A stretch of DNA of 64,000 bases from Chrysomallon squamiferum. Taxonomy: Eukaryota; Animalia; Mollusca. The stretch spans positions 15,004,001-15,068,000 of the forward strand of contig CM022675.1 of assembly GCA_012295275.1 (NCBI GenBank), written 5' to 3'. This document shows positions 41,033 through 51,752 of the stretch, piece after piece. A program made the position numbers and the translations under genes. Positions within the stretch are counted from its first letter, which is position 1. Each line of letters begins with the position of its first letter. The notes under the pieces were generated by a model. It searched no databases, was not told the DNA's origin, and saw only the letters and a list, made by a program, of their open reading frames with translations.

Positions 41033-43904
41033 AAGAAAAAAAATTAACAGGTATTGGTCGTGTAAAAGCGACAGTTGTTGGCAGAAAAAAGATTTCGCAG
41101 AACATAATTGCTTTCTGTTGTATTTTCTGCATGCCGCTGTTCAGATGTTTAGGTTATTTTAGGACAGAACAAAACACAAATGAATGAAGAGGACCCTGTT
41201 GTTTTCTGTTGTGTAAAGATTTTGTTTAAAAAGAAACTGAAATAAATAAAATTAATAAATCTGTGAGCGTGTGCGTGCGGGCGTTTAAGTACGTTTGAGT
41301 GTTATTAAAAAGAAATTCATAAAAGAGAGAGTTTGAGAGATTATTAAAAAATCTCTGAATATTTTACATCAGTTATTTTATATCGAATACTTTGTTCTAT
41401 TCATTAAATTATTCAAAAGATAAAATATTAATTGCACAATACTGTCTGTATAGATTTCGACCCTTTTCAGTTTGCTGCTGATTATACATAACTCCCTAGT
41501 AAAACAATATTTAAAAAACTAACAAAAACAGAAACAGCAGAAAAAACAATAAAATATATTCTGTGTTCAACAAACTATGTTCGTAAATATTTCTGATTTA
41601 TTAAACAGTGTTACAAACTGGTAACGTACAGACATAATTATTAGAAAATATGAATATATTACAAACATAATAAATACTTCTTTTTATTAAACACAATTTT
41701 AACACAGATTTAAAGGTATGTAAATATAATTAAAATTTTAGTTTCAGTTCTTGTTGCATTATAAACTACGATAAAACGTATAGGCGTATTCTGTGCTTCG
41801 TGAACCAAGGGAGACAATCCCGTCTTGTTTTGTTTGAAGGTTTACTCCCTTTAGATTTTTTGCATCTAATCTTTCTTATTAACACGTTTAAGACAGATTT
41901 ATTTCTTTTAAAAATTGTTTGTTAGTTTGTTTCTTTTAATGCATGACATTTATTCTGCGTAAAATTTACAAAATTGTGATTTATAGATTGTCACATAAAT
42001 GGGAAGATAGAGGGAATGAATACGGGTTATTCGTAATGATGCATTTAAATACTACGTGTGTGTATATACATGTATATGCATGTTTGTAAATGTGTTATGT
42101 ATATTATCTGTCTGAAAGTATGCGAGTGAGTTTGTATCCTTATGCATATGAGTGTGTCTCTTTGTGTGTGTGTTTATCTTCTGTCTCTCTGTAAGTTCAT
42201 ATGCATATGTATATGCATAAGTGTATATATCTGCTGTCTGTCTGTCTTTATATATGTATGTATCTTTTTGTCCATGTGAGTATGCATGTTGTGTACATGT
42301 CTGGGGAGGGGCCGGCAGATATGAAGAAGGAACAATCCAGTGACAGCTAGTCTGTCGTAAACGAAGAAGATGTAACGTGACGCCACTGTTTTTGTCGTCC
42401 ACGTACATGATGTAATAATTTATTTGAGAGATTTAATAAGTGGGTTGGTGCCTAACATAGGATTTCAAAGGCTACGGTGTGTTTAATTCGGTGACCTGAC
42501 GTCACTACAGTTCTTTGTGTAGTTTTTATTATTAAGTTACATTGTTTACAAGTCGGAAGTAAGTCTGATTTTAGGTTAATGACAAAACTGACATGTGCAG
42601 ATGGTACAAAATGTATAGAAACCCACACTGTTGTTACACATAAACAACATTACTTCGAGTCACTGAATATATTTCCTTCTTACTTAGATTAAATATGGTT
42701 ACCGACACACAGGCATTTACATTTCTTTATTTTTTCGTTTTTTTTTCAAAATAATAATAATAAAGATTATGATGATGCTGATATAAAAATTGCAGACAAT
42801 GCTTATAGAACAAAATTTAATATATATTTGCTATATTCGTATGTGTTCTAGAAATTAAACTAAATTAGAAATTCTTTAGTTTTTTGTCATATTTTCTGAA
42901 ATATAAAATCCGCTCCTGAACATTTTATATTAGCGTCCAAGAGAAAAATAATATTTATAACAAGAAACAATAAGTAAAGGAGTACGTGTGCGTATATGTA
43001 TGTGTGTTTATGTATGTGTGTGAATGTATCAGGATGTATTTGTATACAACTGTATGTGTGTGTGTTTTTGTATGTATGTATGAATGTATGCATGCACGTA
43101 TGTATATATTTTGTTTGTATGCAATTTCCAGAAGCTAGATAATGTGATATAAAATGAAGATAATATAAGGTTACATAACTGCTTGGAGCCTTCGGTAGTA
43201 ATAACGTTATGATATCACAGTGAATTTACAACTGGTTTATTTTGTCCGGAAGATGACATCATCCACTTCTTTCATCATCTTTCACAAATATATATATTTT
43301 TATTTCATAATTATAACGTCAAAACATGTCCTTCATCAAGTCTTCAAGTTTTTGTCTTGTTATTATTATTTGATTATAATTCTGAGAAAAAAAATTAAGA
43401 AGAAGAAACAATAAAAGCAAAAATAAAAAACAAATTAAATAAAACAAATTAAAAAATAATAATAATAATAACAAAATATCCTAAAAAAAAAAAAAAAAAA
43501 TCTATGAATACACAACACACACACAAACAAACACACTTTTTCAATAATAAATACATATATATATATATATATAAAAAAAAAAAAAAAAAAAAAACGTTCA
43601 TGAAGGTCTTAATCTTTTATATTTCCATTGCAGTTTCGCTTCAGGTAAAAATAGATCATATATCGGTTTAATATATTTCAAATCAAATACTCATAACGAA
43701 ATATCTATATCTGATTGCCACTAGCTATAGTTTGAGATTTGTCTAATAAACCGTAAGTCGTGATAAACTGGATGAAAGGCACTTTGTCCAAGCTCACAAC
43801 ATTATTTTCAGACGACCACTGGTTAACAGCACCTTTCTCTTCAGTCTCCTGCTCGTTTAGTTTTCTCTTCATGTGTTTATTTCTTAAGATAGAAAACAGA
43901 AACA

Positions 43905-43963
43905 ATGTGGATTCGATGTTTGTTAGCGTTGCTCTTTACAGCGAAGATGTCTGAAAGCATTTT
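43905..43963 (+). CDS. TSP1-repeat gene exon 1 (signal peptide)
   Basis: ACAATG start; MWIRCLLALLFTAKMSESI with hydrophobic core; donor TT|GTAAGT, phase 2. Confidence 0.75.
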
Positions 43964-45938
43964 GTAAGTCTTCCCCGAATCTCTTTAATTTTTGTTTTAA
44001 TAGTGCTGCTGACTACTGTTGTATTTGTATATGTGTTCGATCAGGCATGCATACAGATCCACTTCAGTTAAATATTTATAATTTATTTATTTGTAATTGT
44101 TATGTTTGTATGTAGACAATAGATAGAGATATGTTTTTCCTTCCATAAAAACAAACAAAACAAAATTGCTTATTGATAATAATCAAAACAGTCCAGATAA
44201 TTTGTTATTATAAAGTATTTACCATTTTAAATGATCTATGTACCTTTAATTCAGAGAGTAAATAATAATAATAATGACAATACATGGCCCCAAAGAAGAA
44301 AAAAGCAAGGTCGCAATGTATCAGGGTTTGTAAAAATAAGCGTCAGAAATCACCCATAAGTACGTGAGTGTGTGTGTGTGATGAAAAATGGAAATGAAAA
44401 CAGGTAATAAATTCACCAGAATATATTTACGGAAAGAGCAATATGAATAAGAGCCCAGCAATTCATTGCGGTATATTCGAAATCGCGTTAAATCGGTGCA
44501 TCTATAATTTCACTGTATATTTAAAAAATAATTACTGTAATGTTTCTTTGTTTTTATTTTCAGGACAAATGAATCGCAATGTGGTAAGATTTTTAATGCA
44601 GGTCTGACAACAATATAACTCTGTGTCTGATTAATAACTACACGTCAATGAAACATCCAAAATAACAAAACAGACAGGCTGAGTGAGTGAACGTGAGAAA
44701 TTTACTGGAAGTTTAAAACGATTTTTTATCTGACAGTTTGCTCGTTTATATATATAAAAATCCTTTTTTAAATTTACAAATTTGTGAATCTCAGATAGGT
44801 AAAATCTTAAAACGTTCTTATCCACATAATTAATATAATTATGTTTCAATAAACATAGTCATAAGTTGTAAAATCTTAAGTGTAAAAATATTTTTGTATA
44901 TTATCTTCTTTTTTTTTCAAACGAAAAAGTCATCATAAGATATTAAATATAGGAGTGTTAACAGATTTGATAGTCCGATTTTATTTTTGCCACTAAGTAT
45001 TGAATTGAGATTTCTGACTATAATGCCCTATTCAATAACCGACCTTTGGTTCAACCAGTGATAAACATGGTAAACAAGAATTATATATCCACAGCTCATC
45101 GTATCCTAACATTAAGATTAAAGATTCTTTTTTCAATTAGGGATTTTTTACATATGAAACTTCTTATTAAAAAATCTGTCAGGGCGCGCTGGTTGGACCA
45201 TTGATTTTGATTATTATTTGATAATGAAACGAACAGTTTCCAGTTTTCATTTCCATTTGACAAAAATATTTGTTCTTCTGTTAATTATTATTTTCTAAAT
45301 TATTTTCGAAAATTAAAATATTTATGTAACCTATCGTGCGTGGCAGTCATGAACTTAGACTATTTGTGAACGAGTTTGTCCTAATCTGTTTCTTTCGTCA
45401 TAAGTTTTGTGGGTTTTTTTATATTAAAATTTAACAGATTTGTGGGCTAGTTGGTCAAACTTTCCACAGCAGTTTACTTGTGAAGCGGTGTGTGAAACTG
45501 GAATTGCCAGCAGGAAAAGGGAACGAGACTGTCTGTCAACACAACTGACGCCAACAGCTGGGTGCGTGTTTTCAGAAAACGAGAAGCAAACTGAGCCGTG
45601 CCGTGTAGACGTTGCCTGCCCAGGTAAAACTCTTTTGTTTTAGTACAGTTTTAGTATAAACTGTACAGTTGTAATGGTCTGAATGATGCTTTTAAAATCA
45701 TCAGTCCATTTGTGCTACATCTAGTAACAGAATTTTATGTCATTACGTCAAAATTAAAACTTTGATGTGTTTGTGTTAACGGAAATAATTCCTAAAATAG
45801 CTTTTATCCAAAAAGTGTCAACATCAGATTTAATTAGAAAATCATAAGGAGAAATAAAATAAAAATAAATAAGAATTTAATTATAAAAGATTGTATTTAT
45901 TTTCAATAAAGAACTTTTGAGTTAATATTTTTATTTTG

Positions 45939-45987
<49 letters not shown>

Positions 45988-46799
45988 TTAGAATACTATG
46001 AAGAAGATGCTGGTAAAAATATATCCAAATAACTACAATTTTTATTTCTAATAACGTAGCCAAATCGACGTTTGCGTTTTAATCCAATCAGTTCCTAAAA
46101 TAAATTTAAAGTTGTTTTGAGTGGATGCGGTGACAACAGCTGATATAATCATTTGCAGCGTGGTCGTCCTGGGGCGCGTACACGGAGCGAGACCCCTGCT
46201 CCGCGGTGTGCGGCTCCGGCCAGCGCACGATGATCCGCGTGAGAGACTGCGTGGGCGGCGTCGGCTGTGCAGGCAGGTCAAAGCAGCTCTGGAGACGACG
46301 ATGTTTCCAAAGCAGAACTGTCTGCAGAGGTATTATTATTATTATTATTATTATTATTAAATCAAATAATGCAGGAATGTTGTAAATGCAAATTATTGAA
46401 TAGCCTGTAAACATTCATGTCTTATGCATACTGTGAATTTATACTTGAACAGATTTATTAGTAGTAAAATATTTCACGATAGTCAATTAACTAGAAAATG
46501 CCGACACAAATTATCTGTGATTATTTACTATCATTTATCTTATTAAACAAGACAGTTAAACAAACACAATAATTTTAATAATGGGACGACATATTTAGAC
46601 AATTTTTTAAAACTACCAAAAATACATATTATAATACACAATTAATCTAATTTTATTAACTTACGAGTTTTTAATTTTCTTTTTTTAACACTGACCTTTG
46701 AAAAAGATACGACCAATATTTAAAAATAAATAAAAACAATAAAAGACCTACATTTTTTAATTAAATGTGTGAATATTCATCATATTTGATTAATTAATA

Positions 46800-46850
<51 letters not shown>

Positions 46851-47103
46851 TTTTTATATAAATTCAGAGTATGGCTGCAACAGAAGAACTTACAAAGTTT
46901 TACCACAAATAGTTACGAATGCAGGTAAATATGCTGTTTGTCGTTATGGCAACATAGTGAAAATAGCGTGTCCCAAGGAAGGGCGACTGAGGTATCTCCT
47001 GGTGTTACTAAGAATATATTTTGCTGCCAGACGACGCCAGTATTACTTTACTCGTATACAGCTGATAGTCAGCATGCAGAAGTCGTGCGGTTACATTGCC
47101 TGA
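43905..47103 (+). CDS. Uncharacterised secreted protein with two thrombospondin type-1 repeats and a Cys-containing chitin-binding-like C-terminal module, join(43905..43963,44564..44583,45438..45623,46159..46329,46868..47103), 223 aa
   Basis: Five GT-AG exons join in frame (59+20+186+171+236 = 672 nt): signal peptide MWIRCLLALLFTAKMSES, TSR1 WASWS..C...C..G...RKRERDC..C..C..CP, TSR2 WSSWG..CSAVCGSG....RVRDC..C..C..C; AATAAA at 47161. Confidence 0.85.
44564..44583 (+). CDS. TSP1-repeat gene exon 2 (20 nt microexon, (L)TNESQC)
   Basis: Long pyrimidine tract TTTCTTTGTTTTTATTTTCAG| and donor TG|GTAAGA; converts phase 2 to phase 1 exactly as required. Confidence 0.75.
45438..45623 (+). CDS. TSP1-repeat gene exon 3 (TSR domain 1, phase 1-1)
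   Basis: DLWASWSNFPQQFTCEAVCETGIASRKRERDCLSTQLTPTAGCVFSENEKQTEPCRVDVACP; WxxW, six Cys, RxRxC; AACAG| and CAG|GTAAAA. Confidence 0.9.
46159..46329 (+). CDS. TSP1-repeat gene exon 4 (TSR domain 2, phase 1-1)
   Basis: AWSSWGAYTERDPCSAVCGSGQRTMIRVRDCVGGVGCAGRSKQLWRRRCFQSRTVCR, in a frame not shown in the ORF track; TTTGCAG| and GAG|GTATTA. Confidence 0.92.
46868..47103 (+). CDS. TSP1-repeat gene terminal exon (partial CBM14/peritrophin-A-like module plus basic hydrophobic tail)
   Basis: TTCAG| acceptor; phase-1 frame open for 78 codons: EYGCNRRTYKVLPQIVTNAGKYAVCRYGNIVKIACPKEGRLRYLLVLLRIYFAARRRQYYFTRIQLIVSMQKSCGYIA*; poly(A) signal 58 nt after the stop. Confidence 0.7.
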
Positions 47104-48461
47104 ACGAGTCGACGTACTAAAACAAATAATTAGCTCAATTGATAAATCTGTAACTCATTCAATAAATGTTTTTAAAAATGTACCTCTTTCTTATAAAATG
47201 GTTACAGTTAAACATTCTAAGATCCACTTTGGGTTCAGAAATAAGCAAGTAATTTTACTCTCTTTGGTTTAATTTAAATACGTCAGTCTACAAAGTATTC
47301 AACAGAGTGAGATCCTTGATAGGAGGATATCAAGTGTTTATCTCATTATAATTTGTCATTTCAGTTAGTAACGACCACATAATAGTAAAGTTCTGTTAAT
47401 GACTAACAACACACCGCAAAAAAATCAAAAAAAAAAACAATCATCAGATCCATCTTGTACTAGCCATAGCTTTATTAATGGAGTGAGAACAAAGACGTTG
47501 TTTCATAATACTAAGAGTAACTATCAGATTCTTGGAATTATTAATTGTTCAAATTTTCTCTCACACTGGATATTAAATTTTTTTTTTTTAAAATCCAAAC
47601 AATATCAGATACTCTAGTAATTTTCATTAAAAAGATGATTCAGTTGAATATGAAGGTAAACAAGCCAACAAATTGCTTTTTCAAGTTATTTGACAGATAA
47701 ATCATCTTATGATAATTTATTGTATATATACATGTATGTATGTATGTATGTATGTATGTGTGTGTGTGTGTGTGTGTTTGTGTGTTCGTGTGTATCTGTT
47801 TTTATGTATGTATCTAATAAAGAAAGAACAGTTACATTTCAGTCACTTTATTACAAGGTGTAAATGACAAAGCGAGACAAGACATATCTTTTGCTGTAAC
47901 CAGTAATTAAAATATCAGTGATTCCACCAACTAATAAATATAACTATAAAAAAATGTCAACAATTTTCAAATTTGCCAATCAGCTGTATCATTTAGAAGG
48001 ATTCACCAACATCACTTTGCTGCAGTCACTAATTCCTCTGTTCTGTAATTGCATTATTTACCATGTTTTAGATTTGATATAAACACATTTTTATTTTTGT
48101 TTTAAACTTTTTAATAATATATGATGTGATTGTTGCTTCCTGTACCATGCAATAATGATAAAAAAAATTGTAAAATCATAATACTATGTAAGTTGGCTGT
48201 CTGAAGATAAGAACTGTTCATTCAGGTGTTTATTTGTAAAAACATCTTTCAATGAGTTCTGTACTTTTGTTACTCCAGAAATTTCTTTAAAAACCTTTGT
48301 GAAAATAAATGATAACAGACTAAAATAACACTGAGCTGTAAAGATATAATATTACAATATTTGTTTGATCACTTAATCTTTTCCGCTGAGGTATTTTAGT
48401 GTGTAACAATTTTCCTGTCCAGAAAACATTTAAATACTCAGCATTTTCACTGTGTTAATAT

Positions 48462-48533
48462 TCAGGCCTGAAGTGAAGATCCTGCTTTTTTGGCCTCCAA
48501 TTTTATACCAGAACCAGAAAACCCTGTTGCTCC
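48462..48533 (-). CDS. NOSIP: NOSIP coding exon 8 (terminal)
   Basis: GATGFSGSGIKLEAKKAGSSLQA*; TTTTCAG| acceptor. Confidence 0.94.
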   Translation of the reverse strand, partial: GATGFSGSGIKLEAKKAGSSLQA

Positions 48534-51500
48534 CTGAAAAAAAGAGAAAAAAGTGCGATAAAATAAATTTGTTTATCTGGTGCTTTTAGTAAAACCATAA
48601 TGTCTCCAACATGACTATACTTCAGGTACCTGGAGATAATTCAGCACAAAAAAATATAAATTTTATTTCTAGGCCATAAAAATGAAAAGGAATATCATTT
48701 AACTAAGTAACAAAGACCAGAATAGATGCAAAGCAAATGGCCACAAAATAATGAACATAGCTTGTTTTGATTTCAGCAAGGCTCTGAAAAACTATAAAAT
48801 AGATGTGTGTGTGTGTGTGTGTGTGTTTTTAAAATGCTAAAATATTACAAGAACTGTGACAGTTAAACATACCCTCTGCAGAGGTATAATATCCTTCTCT
48901 TGTAATTTTTTTCCATTTGTTGGATCAATCATTTCCTTCTTGATGATAGTCTCCACACACTCCAAGGTAACAACATTGCCTCTGCAAATAAACACAGCTA
49001 TATACTTGGGATTTGAAAATTTCATCTATTACTTTAATGATCTGTATACACTGAAAAATATGTCAAATAACTCTTAAAAATTATTACTAATCTATGGAGA
49101 GAAATTTTGTCAAAACACAGTGATTATAAATAATGTAAAATGAATAAATATTAACTCACGAAGTGCGCAGTACAGCACAGGGTACAGAATTACCCAGCAC
49201 ATCGTTTGTAATGGCACACACATATCTGGCCTGGAAAAGAGGTTATCTTTTTTATGAATAAATGTTAAATGTATTTTTCTCTTATGACATCTGAGGCATG
49301 CTTGTAAATTCAAATATAAAAGTATTCTCAGAGCTTTGAGAATGTTAGAATAAGAAAAATATTATATAAAATATTCCAGATCTTCTTTTACACATATATC
49401 TGTAAAAGTAAAAATGTACAAAACATTTAACAAATGTCCTGCCTCCTAATTACCTCCCCTGACTTAGTAAAATCACAAAATTGATATGAAAAGCCAAAAA
49501 TAATCTGAGAAGTTTTACATGATTTGTTTTTTTTTTTTTAAATATTTGCTGATATATGCAACACCCATATCCCAGTATGTGGGTAAAAAGAAAACATAGA
49601 ACAATGTGTACCCATAATGTACAATAATAAAGTTGTCTAACCTCAGTGTTGGCATTAAACCATCTACCAGTACTGCTAAATTTTACAGTGTAATATAACA
49701 TAACAGTGTATGTCACACACAACGTGGACTTTGTACTCGTTCTTATGGACATTTGAAATAAATAAATCTACCTTTTTGCAGATCACAGCAGTTTTATCAT
49801 CACCATCTTTTATAGGAGTAAACTTTACATCAATCAGATCTTTCAGTTTTAGAGGTTTTCCACTCATTGGGCATCTCACCTTCATATCCTGGAATAAAGA
49901 AATCTATTAGAAAACGACAACAAAAGAGAATTATTCAATTACTTTCCATATTTTTGTTAATAAAAATGATTGTGATTTTCTTTTTTTTGTTAGTTTTTTT
50001 TCCTTTTTTTTCTTAACTTTCACCAGTCCACTGATTGAATATTCAGATATGTATATCAAAAATATTCACTTAAATGAATCTTTTCATTTATTATAAGTTT
50101 TAAATAAATAATAATATTTAACTCTGTGTAATATAAAATATTCCAACTTTCAACAGACTTTGTCCATTCTGAAATGATCTAAGCTGAATAAAAATATCAA
50201 AGTTCATGAATTCTTAAGAAATCTTATTTTGTGAAATTGTTCAAAAAAACAACAACAACAACAAAAAAGCAAATAATAATAATAATAATGATATAATAAA
50301 AATAAAGTAAAAATAAAAAATAAAAAATGATGATGATATTTAATATATATATTGGAAATACTCATAATCACATTTATCTCATAAAAAAAACCCCAAAAAC
50401 CAAACAACAGCAACAAACATACTAACAAAATAATAATTTAAAAAAACCAAAAATAAAAAACATACAGGTTTTTTAATCTTTGTTGGTTCGGCAGCAGGTG
50501 TCAGTGAAGGAATCCAGAAGCTAGGAAGTGATTTGTCTCTGCCTTGTTTCATGTTGCTGATGCTGCTTCCTTCCTCAGCTTTTTCATTTAAATATTTTTC
50601 ATTTGCTATTGGTGTGCTCTCCTGCTGAATAAATGCTTTCAGCTTGCTTTCATCTTCTGCTTTTTTCAACTCCTCACATTCAACCTAAAAGTTATTTTGG
50701 TTGACATGAAAATATTTTTAAAAATAGCATTTTTCTTAACTGATGCAAGTTAAATGAAATGATATATAAGGTAACAATTATGATTATTAACATATGAATT
50801 ATTTTTATAAACGAGACAAACAAACACTTGTTTTGACATATTATAATGACATACTTTCACTTTATTTTTCTGTTTTTCAAATTCTTTTAATGTTCGTGCA
50901 ATAGTTTTCTTCTGATGCAGTATATATTCCAAAATAGCTTCTTTGTCAAAAAGGTACCCATCTGGCCTGAAGAAACAAAACAAAAATATAATTTAAAAAT
51001 AAAATCCTCACATCACTGATTTAATACTATGTAAACAAATAAAGCTGATTAAACTGATCTAATGATATATTGTAATTTCCTTCATATTTTAATATAGGAA
51101 GTTATTTAACTATAATAATAATGATGATGATTAAAGGAAACTTGCTTCCATTATGTGGTCTATTCCTATTAGTAATTCAGTCTTTTATAACATCTCCTAT
51201 GGACATAAAAGTATATACTACAACATAAATAGGTAATAGTTTGATGTCAACAGAAAAGCAAACACAACAAGAGCAGTTTACTTACGTAACAACAGGTTGT
51301 TTGCATGGCTGCAAGGTGAGACAACAGCAGTCAAATTCCTAGAAATACAAGTTTTATATAAAATAATCATTACAGCCTTACACACAGAAAATAAAGTTCT
51401 CATGGAATCTAAAAAAAACCCAGTAAAGATACAAATTCAGATTGCATTCAGAATGAGGACTTAATAAAAAAAAATAAAAAAAAATAATAATACTAATAAA

Positions 51501-51752
51501 TAAATAAAAATAAAATTAATATTCTTCTCATCAGTGAGAAAATTAATAAATGTAAATAATGAAACTATAAAATAATAAATTAAACTGTAAATAAAAGGCA
51601 CACACACACACACTTAACAATTTTAATACCTTAACAGAATCCTTTCCCAATCTGACAGATTTTGAACCATAACCTGATTGTGTTGTGTCTTTCTTTCTCT
51701 CATGGTAGGTATAAACAGTACCTGCTGTACAGTTTCTCGCATGTCTTGTCAT
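48462..51752 (-). CDS. NOSIP: Nitric oxide synthase-interacting protein (U-box/RING-like E3 ligase), complement join of 8 coding exons, 291 aa
   Basis: MTRHARNCTAGTVYTYHERKKD..GYG...RLGKDSVKEFDCCCLTLQPCKQPVVTPDGYLFDKEAILEYILHQK...LPSFWIPSLTP...CPMSGKPLKLKDL...YVCAITNDVLGNSVPCAVLRTSGNVVTLECVE...DP.NGKKL...DIIPLQRGATGFSGSG; 876 nt in total, all GT-AG, phases consistent. Confidence 0.97.
48873..48981 (-). CDS. NOSIP: NOSIP coding exon 7
   Basis: GNVVTLECVETIIKKEMIDPTNGKKLQEKDIIPLQR; TTGCAG| and |GTATGT. Confidence 0.95.
49160..49230 (-). CDS. NOSIP: NOSIP coding exon 6
   Basis: ARYVCAITNDVLGNSVPCAVLRTS; TTCCAG| and |GTGAGT. Confidence 0.95.
49772..49888 (-). CDS. NOSIP: NOSIP coding exon 5
   Basis: DMKVRCPMSGKPLKLKDLIDVKFTPIKDGDDKTAVICKK; TTCCAG| and AAG|GTAGAT. 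Confidence 0.94.
50466..50684 (-). CDS. NOSIP: NOSIP coding exon 4
   Basis: VECEELKKAEDESK...DKSLPSFWIPSLTPAAEPTKIKKP; TTTTAG| and |GTATG. Confidence 0.93.
50855..50966 (-). CDS. NOSIP: NOSIP coding exon 3
   Basis: PDGYLFDKEAILEYILHQKKTIARTLKEFEKQKNKVK; TTCAG| and |GTATGT. Confidence 0.93.
51286..51338 (-). CDS. NOSIP: NOSIP coding exon 2
   Basis: EFDCCCLTLQPCKQPVVT; TTTCTAG| and AC|GTAAGT. Confidence 0.95.
51630..51752 (-). CDS. NOSIP: NOSIP coding exon 1
   Basis: MTRHARNC...LGKDSVK; donor AAG|GTATT; an acceptor TTACAG| 20 nt upstream of the ATG suggests a further 5' non-coding exon. Confidence 0.95.

Noticed and set aside
17751-43904. A second, convergent Dlx paralogue as in chordate bigene clusters
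   Set aside because: No second homeobox sequence seen on either strand.
46048-46414. ORF-track entries 46048-46281(-), 46106-46414(-), 46121-46360(+)
   Set aside because: Shadow frames of the GC-rich TSR exon 46159-46329.
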